Shown here: piece by piece, positions 37,701 through 49,568 of the stretch | Numbering within the stretch: the first letter of the stretch is position 1 | How the letters are laid out: every line of letters begins with the position of its first letter | Source of the DNA: Raillietiella orientalis | Taxonomy: Eukaryota | Direction: 5' to 3' | Length of the DNA stretch: 64,000 nt | NCBI GenBank assembly: GCA_036172245.1 | Contig: JAYWIR010000021.1 | Coordinates: 1,550,001 to 1,614,000 of the forward strand | The notes under the pieces: model-generated | The model's database searches: none | Seen by the model: only the letters and a program-made list of their open reading frames with translations | Told to the model about the DNA's origin: nothing | Translations under genes and position numbers: made by a program

Positions 37701-38302
37701 TCCACGCGCCCCGGCCTTGAGGGGAGTAGGGGCGTCTTCCGCGGAGAGGAACCCATGCGGGGCGAGAAAGGAAGGGAAAGGGGGGGAGGGAAAGGAGGAC
37801 ACTCCTGGTCCGTCCCCATCTTCACCCACCCTCCCTTATAGGCGCGCGTGTTTTCCAGTGCGAGGCCAACCGGCACTGCTTCTTCTACATGTCCAACGAG
37901 AGACTAGGCTTCTCCTTCATCTACTCGGCCCACCTGGCCCACACCCGCAACCTGACTTTCTACCTGGGTGCCCAGCGGGGACTCGTCAAGGCCTTCAGGC
38001 GCACCAGCCGCAGGACCCTCTGCACCCTGCAGCAGACCGACTTCCACGCCGTCTTCCTGCGCCACCGCAAGAGGATCCACCAGCTGGCAACTCAGTGCCG
38101 CGTGGACGCCTCCGTCCACGAGGTTTCCTACGCCTCACTGGCGCTTGCGGCGCGCCACCAGGGGTGGAGGCGTTCAGGACGGGTGTCTCCGGGGACTGCA
38201 GGCGCCTCCACAGGGAGGAGGAGGAAGTGGGGGAGGGACTCTCCCGGAAACGGTACGAAGTGGGGCGGCTTCGCCCGGACACGAAGGAACAAGCCCAGCT
38301 GA
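28316..38302 (+). CDS. FGF: Divergent secreted fibroblast growth factor, 281 aa, join(28316..28580,37230..37366,37859..38302)
   Basis: Signal peptide MTRRRSASPLLSSLVLPLCALALA; core YLLLCNS...NISAT, VVRFFSLPLRRYLCMRSNGSFYSS|CEANRHCFF, GFSFIYSA, FYLG. GT-AG sites give phase 1 then phase 0 introns as in canonical FGF genes; exon lengths 265+137+444=846 nt. Subfamily not assignable. Confidence 0.82.
31718..31795. repeat. (CT)n/(GA)n microsatellite in FGF intron 1
   Basis: Direct inspection. Confidence 0.95.
32988..33032. repeat. (GAA)n microsatellite
   Basis: Direct inspection. Confidence 0.95.
34998..35468 (+). mobile_element. Possible Tx1-type ORF1 remnant in FGF intron 1
   Basis: TTRERRVRL ... 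PPQSCFIG ... FFCYPGTGAC resembles the Tx1 ORF1 segment preceding the zinc knuckle (PxxFxIG..YxGQ..C). Confidence 0.3.
37230..37366 (+). CDS. FGF: FGF exon 2
   Basis: Acceptor ttcttctcttccag|, donor TCG|GTAAGC; encodes VVRFFSLPLRRYLCMRSNGSFYSS. Confidence 0.85.
37859..38302 (+). CDS. FGF: FGF exon 3
   Basis: Acceptor ttttccag|; CEANRHCFF...GFSFIYSA...FYLG, basic tail, stop TGA 38300-38302; AATAAA at 38641. Confidence 0.85.
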   Translation, partial: CEANRHCFFYMSNERLGFSFIYSAHLAHTRNLTFYLGAQRGLVKAFRRTSRRTLCTLQQTDFHAVFLRHRKRIHQLATQCRVDASVHEVSYASLALAARHQGWRRSGRVSPGTAGASTGRRRKWGRDSPGNGTKWGGFARTRRNKPS

Positions 38303-39252
38303 CAGCGGGGGTGCCCGCGGCAGCGCTGGCGCCAGGGCGCCACGTCTAGTCACGCCTGCAAGCAGGTGACGAGAGGGGGATGAGGAGGAGGGACATCTTG
38401 CCGCCTCCCCCCCTCCCCCCGGTGAGCCAGTGCCCGGATGGTGCCGTCCGGCGGCGGCGCAGAGCCCACCATCACCACGTGACGTGACCCCCAGGTCCAA
38501 TCTCCCGCCCCCTTCCCCCAGCTGCAGTCCTTTTGGGGTTTACTTCGCCCTTCCCCACCCTCTCATCCCCATCCCTCTCCCGGCGCCGGGTGCGTCCCGC
38601 CTGGGTAGCCGCGCGCTCTGGTAGCGGAGCGAGTAGGAGAAATAAAGGAGGGAAGGGCGCTCGCGCCCCCGGCGGCCCTTCCCCGGGTCCCGGCGACGCA
38701 GCCCTCTCCGACGATGCCAAGAAGCTCCCCTTCCTTGCCCGCTTCCTTTCCTTGTCCTCCGCCCCTTCTCCTGGGGAGACCGCGCTCGGCTTCTGGGGTT
38801 GCCTCCTCCTGGCATCGGCTAACAGTGGGAGGGGGGGGACCAGGGGGGCAGCTAGGTGGGGACATCAAGCTTATGAGCGGCGCCAGCGCGTTCCCACCGC
38901 CTCCAGAGGGAGGGAGGAGCCCTACCGGTCAGCAGAGTCGCCCTTCGTGGCGCCGAGGTCATCGGGAAGGAATCGAGGCCACTGAGTACCCATGCTCCTT
39001 CCCAGGAGGAATGTTGAGCGCGAGTTCAAAGCCCCTTGCGCCCGGCTTCACGCGCAGTGGTGGCCCCGGCGGAGGTGCTTCCAGAAGTTGAGCTTCCGAC
39101 AACTTCGTAAAGGAGGGAATATTGGGGTGAAGGGGGGGTAGGCGACGAGCGGTGGGAGCAGCATCAGCAAGGAAAGAAAGAAGAGCAACAGATGGACGCA
39201 GCGGGCGGCGAAGTTTGCATCGCCTTCTGCCCGCCTTTGTTGTCCTCTCGTG

Positions 39253-39283
<31 letters not shown>

Positions 39284-40899
39284 GCCCCTGCCTGATCGGT
39301 GGCGCTCTGACGCCGCCGCACCGTGAGTTCTCTCCAATGTCTTCGCGCCGACCTTCTGTGGGGACTGCACCTGGAGCTCAACCGCTTCTGATATGCCACG
39401 CGCACTCCGAGCACACGGAAGGAGAACCGCGACACCGCTGAGCGGTCGGGTCGGCGTCGTCCTTGTGAGCCTTTCGGGCCTCATTTTCCCTCAGCGGGCG
39501 TTGAGTGCTGCCGTCTTTTCCAAGTCTCTCCCGACCCTCGCGCCTGCATGCAGGAGTGCCCTTCGGTTCGTCTCGGCAGGGGCAAGGAGGAAAGCCACGA
39601 TCTTTCTCCTGCTGACGCGATCTGCAAGGATCCCCCTATCGACAGCCTATGACACTTTCACCTGTGAGCGCCCATGGCCGTCCTCGCAAGCATCTCCCAA
39701 AGACTTCCGTCCTCTACGTCCGCTCTTGCCCCTCTACTTCCTTATCTGCTTCTCACCTCGAGTACCCCTCCCAGAGCTCCGGTCCTTCGTTCCGGAACCC
39801 CTCCCCTCGCTGGGCAGCGGGGACGTCTTCGTCTCCTCTTCTATCCCACACGCCTTGGATGGCTTTCGTCCACAGCGAGTAGCCTCCGCCGAGCCCCAAA
39901 TCGGAAGGACGGCAGCAGTGCAAAACCCGTCCGCCCTGATCCGCTTTTAAACTCCAGGTCGAGCGCATGACCCCGCCCCATCCCTCCCGCATCCCAGCAG
40001 ACACGAGATCGGAACCTCTCTCCGGAAGGAGGAGGAGGCGACGTCTCTGCCTTCCTCTCCGGCACTCCTGAGGGCTCGGCGGCGGGACCGTGGAAATCCC
40101 TCTTCGAGGATCCCAAGGGGGTCTCTTCTCGACTAGTTGGCCCGGTGATGCATAGGCCGCCCCCGAGGATTCCCTGCTTGCCGTCTCCTGAAACGGTGGG
40201 TATGTCCCTGTTTCTGCTGTCTCCGCGAGAAACGGGCTGCTTTCTTCTCGCTGCCCCCAGCCATCGACCTGTCTCAAACCTGAGGCCCACCTCCGAGGCT
40301 GCAACCCATCGTCCGTTGCCGCGTCCTTTTTTCTCCAGTCACGGTCATGCCGAAACGCTCAAACCGGCGGCGGGCTTCTCCGCTTCCTCTCCCACCCCGC
40401 CCCTCCCCTTCCCGACTCTGGTTGGTGTCATCACATCGAAGTCAGAATGCGGTGGTCACGGCCTTGATCTCCTTGCTGGATATTGTCCTCGCGTCTCGGC
40501 GCGCACCCTAAGCCTCAGATCACCTAGCGAACATCACCCTGCATTCCGACCTGGGTCCTCTTCCTCTCATCTGTCGGCTAGAGGTCCCCACTATCCCAGG
40601 AATCTGCATTCCTCGCGGATTGCAAGCGCGCCGTTCCTGCGATTCCCTCCCTTCCCCACTTAATCAGAACAACCCTTGACCCATGCAGCCACTCCGGGAG
40701 CGAATCTCAGTGCGTTTCTTGTGTGTGGCCCCGCCACTCTTCTTCACCCCGTTGCGCTGAAAGCCAATGTCTCCTGCCCGCCTCATCCGCCGCGTACCAA
40801 ACCAGCTCATCCTTAATCGCATCACCGGCTGGCTCTCCTCACTGTAACTCTTAATCCCCGGTTTCTCCCAATGCGAGGTGATCCCTGCATCCGCAACCG

Positions 40900-42990
40900 C
40901 AATGTTCGATCTACAATGGCCCCTGCCACCGGTGCTAAATTCTTCTCCAAATAAAGGGAGGCATCGGTGTGTCTAACCTACAGTTCCTCGTTTCCTACCT
41001 CCGGATGTCGCCGAATGCACGATACGAGCAGACGCAGCGGTTCCCAGGAAGAGCTGAACGCGCTGCATCCGTTCGCCACTTCAGTCTCCGCGCCTTCTGC
41101 CGCACACATCGCGAGTGCTCCAGCGCTGACCTCTTGCGCGTAGCGTCGGGCCCGCACGTGTGCTTGCCTGAGCCCCTCCCACGCTCGCGCGCGCGCGAGC
41201 ATCATCGAACTCTGGGCGTTGAGGAAGGCAAGCACCTCCTCCTCACCCATTTTTCCTTGGCTCTCACCTTCATGGAAGCGCACGGCGCAAACCGTCGCTG
41301 CTCAGAGTTGTCTCTCCTCTCCGCCAAACAGAGCATTCGTTCCGACGGGCAGGAGCCGCCACAGATCCCGGCGATCCCGAACATCAAGTAAGAGCACAGC
41401 ATCGGGAACAGACCAAACCTCCCCACGAGCCGATCCCCAAAAGTCTTGAGTTCTTCTCCTTCGGTAATGGAGTAAGTGGAGCGCGAGTACGGTTTCGAGC
41501 AAGGCCTGCAAGCGCGACCCTCTCCACCAACATCGACAACATCCAGTGGACCCATCCAGGGGCACCGGCAGGGGAGCTTCCGCGTACTGAACACTGCCGC
41601 GGGGACGACTTTTCCGGAGGCATCTCCCGAACGCACCCCTCAGTCAAGTTCGTTCGCGAAAGTGGTCGATCCCTGCCGCTGCTGCACAGAAGGGATGATC
41701 GCCCCGCCCTTAGGCAGCACTGAACGCCATCGCTCCTTCGAATGCCGCCGCCGTCTTGGCTGGAAACCGGAGGAGCCCAAAACTTGGTTCTCCGAATCGG
41801 AGATCAGAATCATCTTGGGAAGCCTCGAATGGGCCACTTTTCTGGCACGTAACTGCTTCGCCCTCGTCACACACGCACAGAGATACGAACCGGTCTGACT
41901 TTTTTCGTGCTGCTCTTTGCTGACCTATCGGAGCTAAAGATCGCGTGGACTAGCCGCCTTCGCCCCGCGTGCGCCACCTTCATATCCTCCTTCTCTGAAC
42001 ATCTCGGAGGTCACCTCCGCAAATACCCGTTTGGGAGCCCGAGAGAGAGGAGACGCATGCAGGTACACATCCTCTAGCCCGCCGTTTCCAGAGCACATCC
42101 AGCTCTCTAGAATATGCCGAGCCTGTGCCTACGTCGGCCTCTCGACGAATAGGTTGCAACGACCATTACAGCTCACGAGTCAGAAGCACGCGGCAAGTAC
42201 GCCGCTTCCACTTGGTTCCCTGCTCCCTGACCGCTCTCTTGTCGCCTCTGCCAGTCCTCACCCGCAGCGGCTAATCAATCCCATCGCTACTCGCACCCAC
42301 CGTTCCGGTTCTAGCACCACCCTCACCGAACCATGGAGAAGCGGGCCCCATTATGTGAGCTCCAGCACGCCACAACGACCTGAGCTGACAATGATGGCAA
42401 TGCTTCTGATCTAACCTGCCTTCTCCGCAGCTCTGGGAACTGATTGCACGTGACGAACAAAGAGAATCTGCTTTCATCGGAAACAAAATCACCTAAGAGT
42501 TCCATGGCGCCTGACAGTGGTCGATGTCTTCCGTCAAGAGCAACAATCACCGGAAGAAGTCCCAGCAGATTCAAAAGGTGTACAGGGTTCTCGGTACCAC
42601 GTGCAGAATACGAAACCACCGGATCTCGATGTTGGTCCCCTATAACTTGATTTGAACTCCATGTAACCCCGATTCCCGGATCCATGGAGTATGATACAGC
42701 AAGAGCTGATGATGATCAAAAGTGACGGCAGTAAGCACACTGCACCCCACTTCCATGAAAGCTCGTACTGCCCAATCCTATCTCAAAACCTACCACGAAC
42801 AAACTCGCCTGCCGTTAACGGGAGTCCCCATAGGAAACCTGTCTCTGTCTCAGCTACTCATCCAGTTCAAATGCAAGCTAAATCTCGCATCACCGTCCGT
42901 CCCTGTGGTCACCACGAAACGAAGGAGTCTCATATGGTTCCCAGTTTTCCTCACGCCAGTTTCCTACATATCAGCAAACCGACGTAAGTA
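40900..42990 (+). mobile_element. Possible heavily decayed LINE remnant
   Basis: Only weak traces (IRIILGS near 41800, CWSPIT near 42630 resembling WRPISL); no intact motif. Confidence 0.2.
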
Positions 42991-43739
42991 CTGAACCACT
43001 CGCATAAAAGTCGCCATACTTTATGGTCGCCAAATCCATCCTTATTAGGCTACTCGAAAGCCGGATAAGGTAGGACTGTTACTTGCTTTCAGCGTAATCA
43101 CTGCAAGTTTCGAGGTCAGGCCATCAGCCTCTACCATAGGTGGAGACAGTTATTTGCTGTTCGTCACATCACGTCGAATTGATCGCGCTCGCTTCGGCTG
43201 ATTCCAGAATTACGGCTCCACCTTCATTTCCTCTTCCCCCTTTCGCCACCCCGACTCATTAGCTCCCCTTCTTTCTCGTGGTTTCTCACCATCTCTTTCC
43301 TCGAACACGCAAAGGAACTTTCAGTGTTCTCTAGCTGAGTACTTCGCATTGGCGACCCCATCATCTCCAGCCCCGGACTCTGCGAACGAGATTGATTCCA
43401 CTGATTGACCCATTCTCCTCATTCCCACCACCAACCCAACGACTAATTCATGATCCTCCTTTCATCGCCAGCACTTTTCCTACGTCCTCAAAATTACCCT
43501 CAAAAGTTACCTCCATAGCCCAGGTATTCCAGTTCCGAAATCTGGGCTCCCACAGAGATTTTATTTGGCTTGAAATAAAAAAAACTTTTCGGCATTCCAT
43601 GGAGGGTTAGAGGAGCTCGTTGGCTGAGGAAGGGGATGCGAACTATTTCCATCACCTTCTCACATCCATCCGTCGTCCGACAGAAGACTCCGCCCACGTG
43701 AGATTCTTTCCTCGCAAGTTCACGGGTTGGTTCCGACAG

Positions 43740-44830
43740 ACGTCACAGAAGAAGAGGATTGCCGGAACCTACGAACCCGTGTGTTCTAACAGCTGACCCG
43801 TTGTCCTCTGGGTCCCAAGGATCCCGCGACGAGTGCTCTCGTTGGCTCAGGGACACCTTTGTCCGACAAGTGAAGAGCTCGTTTTTTTCATGTGCATTTC
43901 TTCTTCCTTTATCGGGCAATCTTCCAGGACTAAGTCGCGCCTGATCAGGGAATGCAAGCCGGGTATAGGCTGCATTGAAGGCCGCCAGCTCCCAATTCTC
44001 CCACGTAGCCTTCTGACACGTGCTGCCCTCTCCTTGAGCCTCAAGGAGATCAAAGACGGGCTGCAGGTTCGACGTGTTCAGAATGAGTAGGATGCGTGCA
44101 GGCGATTCCTTCCGTGCCCAGCGTCTTCGGCACATCTCAGCTGCTTCGTTCCTGGTGGGCACCCAGCTGGTGCGGGAGCAGAAGGTTGAGCCTTGCCTCA
44201 AGCACAAAGCGTGAGTCACAGAACCTTATGTGCTCTCTGCTGAGGAGGAAGTGTTCTGATGTGTGCGATGCCATCCCATGGAAGACTATATCCATCCCTT
44301 GATCCGGGTGCTTGTTCGTCAGGGAGAGCCATCCTTCTTTGCGTTGGAGGGTGCTCCCATTGAAAGCGATCTTCATCTGCATGCTCCGACCAAACACGCT
44401 TTCTCAGAAGGCTATGCACGAGACTCGCTATTTCGATGCTCGCTGTTGACGCAAACACCAAGTTTTCCCAAGGTCCGTCTTCCAATTGTCCAGAAGCTTC
44501 TGATGTGACTACCGAGAGCTTCACTTAACCTTCCTTTGGCGTCTCCAAGCACGAACTCTCCCTGTCAGTGCCTGTAGCCATTTGCTGAGATCAGATGAAT
44601 TTTTGTAATCATCTGAGCAATCGTAGGAATTCTCCCTTGGAGAAGTCAACCGCTTCCTATCAAAGAGACCCACTTGCAAGGAGGAGGATGCTCAGTTTTA
44701 ACAAGTCTTCGCTCATCTGTTCCATTTGCACCTACATTGCCGTTTTGGTTTTCAAGGTCATCTGCCTGGTCTGCCTTCTTCAACTCGTTCATCTCTCTTG
44801 CAAAGGCAAACAAAAAACAGCCAAGCACAC
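43740..44830 (-). mobile_element. Decayed NeSL/Utopia-like (RLE) non-LTR retrotransposon 3' part
   Basis: KHPDQG...SEHFLLSREHIRFCDSRFVLEARLNLL, degenerate CRR..ES..IL knuckle, then LVAGSLG/PWDP; same motif order as the 54443 element. Confidence 0.7.
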
Positions 44831-44840
44831 GCCTGAGGGT

Positions 44841-45774
44841 TTTTCACCCGGATAAGCCGGGACTTTTATTATTAAAACTTTACAATTAAATTTGACAATG
44901 AAGTCTGGTGTTTTTTGAATTTGTTTCAGTCAGAACACATGGTTCTGTCTGTCTTGATGCACTTGTCCTTGTCCTCACCGACCCGCAGGGCGGTGAGGTC
45001 CTCTACACTGGCGAAGGGGGCGGGAAAACCACAAAAAAAAGAAAAAAAAAAATCCAAAAACACCAGGGGGGACAATGTTTTATGGGGAGGGGAGGGCAGG
45101 GAAGGGATCACGGTACGCCGTGAGGAGGCCTCTGCATCCGGTTTTGGATGCGGACAAGTGTCGGCAGAATTTTTCTTAGCCGGCGCCAACGGGAAGCCTT
45201 CTCCATAGAGATGACTGCCCAGTGAATGGCATTCCGACTGCTGCGGCCTCTCCTTGACGCGGTCCACTTCTCCAGGATTCCGCGTATGCAGCAGAGAACT
45301 GCCACACGGGCGGCTGCTGGCAGGGCGCCCCGCATCAACAGGCGACGGAAAACGTTTTCTGGGTCGCCCATCGGAATGTTTAGGATCGACGAGAGTCGAT
45401 CCCCCATGAGGCGGAGGGCAACACACTCGATGATGAGGTGGGGGAAGACAAACCCTTTCCCCGCACTCTGCACAATTGGCATCCATACTCCCTAATGTCC
45501 ACCTTTTGGAGACAGCCGGACCAGGCCTTTGCAACGCAGAAGTCTCCCAACGGAACTCCAAGGTACTTGAAGTACCCGCCCGTTGGGATCCCCGAGCGGA
45601 TCCAGTCCGGCCGTCCTGCCAGTAACGAATCTGTAGATGTTATTGACGACTTCGCCCTGTTCACCTCCAGGCTCGTCCCCCCGCTTAGCAGCTCGAAGAA
45701 ATCCTCGAGCGCAGACGCCGAGGCGGACCCGGGGAGCAGCAGCAGAAGGTCGTCTGCGTAGGCCGAACCCGTCA
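44841..45774 (-). mobile_element. 5'-truncated, internally deleted L1/Tx1-like LINE with RT core
   Basis: AYADDLLL, SLEVNRAKS, FKYLGVPL; 3' AATAAA plus hairpin; probable 9-bp TSD CCTGA(G/A)GGT at 44832-44840 and 45775-45783. Confidence 0.85.
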
Positions 45775-46419
45775 CCTGAAGGTACGTACTCTGCTCTGGG
45801 TATTCTATTCTAGCAACACTGGCACATTCTTTCTACAGGTGCACGTTTCGGTGACTACAGACTCCGCTTTGGATCGAAATACTCATCCGGAACCCCTTTC
45901 TACCTCTGCCACAGTATCCTATTCCTATGAGCAAATTCTTTCACTGTCAGCCGCAACACAAACTGGCTCATCTTTCTTCGTGCTCTTCATGATCGTCGCT
46001 CTTCTTCGGAATCGAGTGCTTCTCCCGCACGCTCGCGCGGAGCCTACGCATCCTTTTGGAGCAAGATGTAGCTTAGACGCACTCCAGCTTCTTTCGCACT
46101 CCCCCCAAAAAAGATGGCTTCATTGAACTTAGTTCCTTCCTATATGCACTGTCATCCGAAGAAAGTGGCTTTCTTGGCAGCCCTCTCGCAGCAAACATCA
46201 TGCAGCCTCAACATCCTACTTTCTGCAAACTGCCATCCCCAGACGCATTCCCAACAAACTCCAAGGATCTTAGCGCATTTCTCGGGAATCGTCGCCCTTC
46301 CCATTTACAGCCCATTTTCTCCCCCGTATCATCCGATAGCATTAACTTGGAAAACGTCATCCATTCTCCTTCACGGTAGGTTCTGCAGCTATTTATAGAT
46401 ACTATCTTACATCATGCAT

Positions 46420-47800
46420 GCATATATGTGTGTGTAATTGATCAGCTGTTATTAGATGGAATACTTGATGTAGAGAAGAGTGCGCAATGGAGGCCATCGA
46501 CGCGTGGGAGCGGTGCATTCTGTGCTCAGATACTTTCCTGTCAAGTGCATCTGATTATTCTTGATATGGAAAAGCAGCTTGTGACGACTATTCTAGTCGG
46601 ATCCTCAAGATAGGGGAGACAGACCACGCTGTGCAGGCTAGGGAGGGTGGCCACTTGGTCTGTGATGCGTTTTGAGTTTTTTATTCGGTTCCATCTTGAG
46701 ATTTCTAGGGAAGCGGGAAAAGCTCCTCAGGGACTTGCAAACTTGTTCTGCCTGCTTCTGGACTTCTTATTTATCAGGGTATTTGGAGACTCGCCATTCA
46801 TATGAATTACATCTCCGAATATTCATGTGAATGTTAGGAGATGTGACGGTTCTCTTACCGATGTACGCAGTTTTGTGGAGAGGAGATGTGTAGTTCCTCG
46901 ATTTCATCATGGTAAAGTAACGCATTTGTGCTCTAACAATCATTTTTCTCATCAGTTCTTCTTGTGTTTTGAAGTACAGAGATGATCGTGATCTACCCAA
47001 CCCTTTCTCCACTCATTTCAGTAGGAATATGAGTACGATGAACCAACATGTGGATAATATGGTTGGTTAAAGCCTTCTAACTACTGTATCAATTTGAGCA
47101 TTTCATGAAGTATGTTGTTGCCACGACCTTTTGTCCGCTTTGCTATTTTTTTTCCCTTTATTTCTGTTTCAAATGAGTTCTCGATTCGTCTGTTAGCAAT
47201 AAGGATTCGTTCTTCCCCTACATGAGACAGTATTTCCTCATGATCTCGCTTGAATCCTTTAACGCCGAAAAGAAATGTCCTACCGTCAGTTCTTATCCGG
47301 TTAATTCATTATGGATGTTTTGCACTTTAAACACCGTATTACATACAAGATGGCTCCCTTTCAGCCGGGATAGGCTCTCAACCAAGGCACCAACGAAAGA
47401 TGGTTATCATGCCTCCTGGGCACGGACACCTAAGCAGTTTACTTCACACGGAGCATGGATGAAACTTTCAAGATGATTGAGGAAATACCTCGATTGAAAT
47501 ATCAAGTAACTTGTTGGCAAATTCTTCATTCCTGTGTACTTCCAGTACAAGCTTTCCCATTACTTTTTCTTACGAATTCAAGCCATATTACATCAACCAT
47601 ACTTTTTTCGTGTCATTTTTAAACTCAGCCTCATTCTATTACAGACAACTCTAAACAAGCCACCCTAAGCTCACTCACTACTGTTTCTTCTACTGTTTAC
47701 ATACTTGGGAAACAAGCTTATCCCATTTGTCCCCAATTCACAATAACTAGAGTTTCCAATAAAGTTTTCCGAATAGACCTTGATTTCCTTAAGACGAAGC
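46420..47800 (-). mobile_element. Old decayed LINE RT-like remnant
   Basis: GVRAQEAxxPSFVGALVESL near 47430-47375 resembles GVRQG..SP.LF...EPL; many stops. Confidence 0.25.
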
Positions 47801-48559
47801 AGTTCTACCCATTAACGTGGCCATTAAAGCTCAATCATCAAATTGTGTATCGATTCCACTTAATTTATAAAACTTCGAGCCGCACGCACGCATTTCCATT
47901 TGATCTCACACAAGGCACTCACATCTGACATTCTCAGCCCATGTATATTCTCTTTTTTGTGATTTTTCTGGACTGCTAGTCCTATGGATAGTTGCTAATG
48001 ATTTCAAGCACGAAACGCAGCCATCAAGCGCAGAATCATCCTCTCCAAAACACCTTCCAGGGAAGACGAACTCATTTCCTGCTACGTCACGACTCCTCAC
48101 GTCTCACGCTTGGACGACGGCCGGCCGGTGGTTCCAACATCCGCTTTACCCCTTTCGGGCCAACTTACAGTCCACTCCTCTATCTCTGCACGCGCTTACG
48201 CATTTGAACCCTGATCTCTTATGGTTCCCTTTGGTTTCTCTTACGAATGGCGTCTTGGCCGTAAAATTTTAATACCCTTTCATTAAGAAAAAAAAAAAGG
48301 AAAAAACCACTTGTTTCAAATAATCAAAGCAACGATGAGCCAACACAGAAGACCAGTTTGGAACCGGTTGCCATTTCGCAGACAAACTTTCCTAAGCAAG
48401 AATCGCCACGAGCGAACAATTCCCTCCAGCATCTCTTCCTGGTCCATTATACATAGGGGAAGAGTACCTAATTCTTCGGGTTAATGCTCCGCTTCTACAC
48501 GGAAAGCCACCGTAGCATAGCATGAAAGAGCTTCAACCCATCACCAGCTCACCGAAATT

Positions 48560-49568
48560 TTTCACCCGGTCACGTCGGGGCGTTTATTTTCATAGACCAG
48601 TTGGGAACAAATGTTGCCAACCGCCGAATACGAGGAATAAAGGGGAGGGTCCACCGACACGCAGGCCGGGAAAACCAGGTGTCCAGAACGAGTGAGGGAA
48701 AAGGGGACAAAAACAAAAAAGAATATAATAAAATAAAATAAATAAGATTGGGTGGGGTTGGGACAGGGATCTTTGGACTTGCTCCGCACGAACCGAGGAC
48801 TAGACACATAGAAAACAAAATTTAAAAACATCGGGACACTGACGGAGCGAGAAGGGATAGGGAGTACAGAAAAAGAAATAAGTAAGGGAGGGCAGGGGAC
48901 TGGGGTCACCGGGATGAACTGTTCCTAAACATTCGTAAACCGGCGCTCTATGTCGATGATCTCCTCCTTCGTTTCTTTGTCAAAGTGATGCCACCTCGCA
49001 GCCGTATCTATGTAGGTGACTGCCAAAGGGGTGACATCCCTCCTCTGCTTCTTGGTCTCCAGCAAAGTTCGGGCTGTGACGATGGCGCGTATGCAACCTA
49101 CGGTTGCAGTCACCGCGCCAGTCGTGAGCCCGCTAGGTGCGAAGAGCCTACGCAGCACATCTCGAGCGGTGTCCTCCTGGTGCAAGAGTGCTGCTGCCAG
49201 CCTCCGCTACGGTTGCCGGAGGGCACCGCAGTCTAAGAGCAACCGCGGGAACGGCTCCTTCGGCCCGCACCTGCCACCGTTAGGTGAAGCAGCCCCCCAC
49301 CGGAGACACGATGCCGTCGCTCGTTGCTTTGCAGTCCCCGGTGCACGAGGAGCGGCACGTGCCGTTTCCGACTAAGCGGAAGCACTGATGTGTTACCACG
49401 GTTTGGCGGGGCCACTAACACTTCGGGGGCAACACTTGAAAGTTCGCACCACCGAGCAAGTCCCGCAGCAGTTGTGCACGTTGCAGCAGCGTCTGCCAGC
49501 TCGCAAGCCTTCCAGCCACCCAGGAGCTTTTCGATTCCTGCTGGAGTGCAGGAAATCTCCCGTTTCGC
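48560..49568 (-). mobile_element. 5'-truncated L1/Tx1-like LINE insertion with 13-bp TSD
   Basis: Direct repeat GCTC(A/G)CCGAAATT at 48547-48559 and 49569-49581; degenerate knuckle RCGPKEPFPRLLLDC; pyrimidine-rich 3' UTR and terminal hairpin shared with the 44841 element. Confidence 0.78.
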
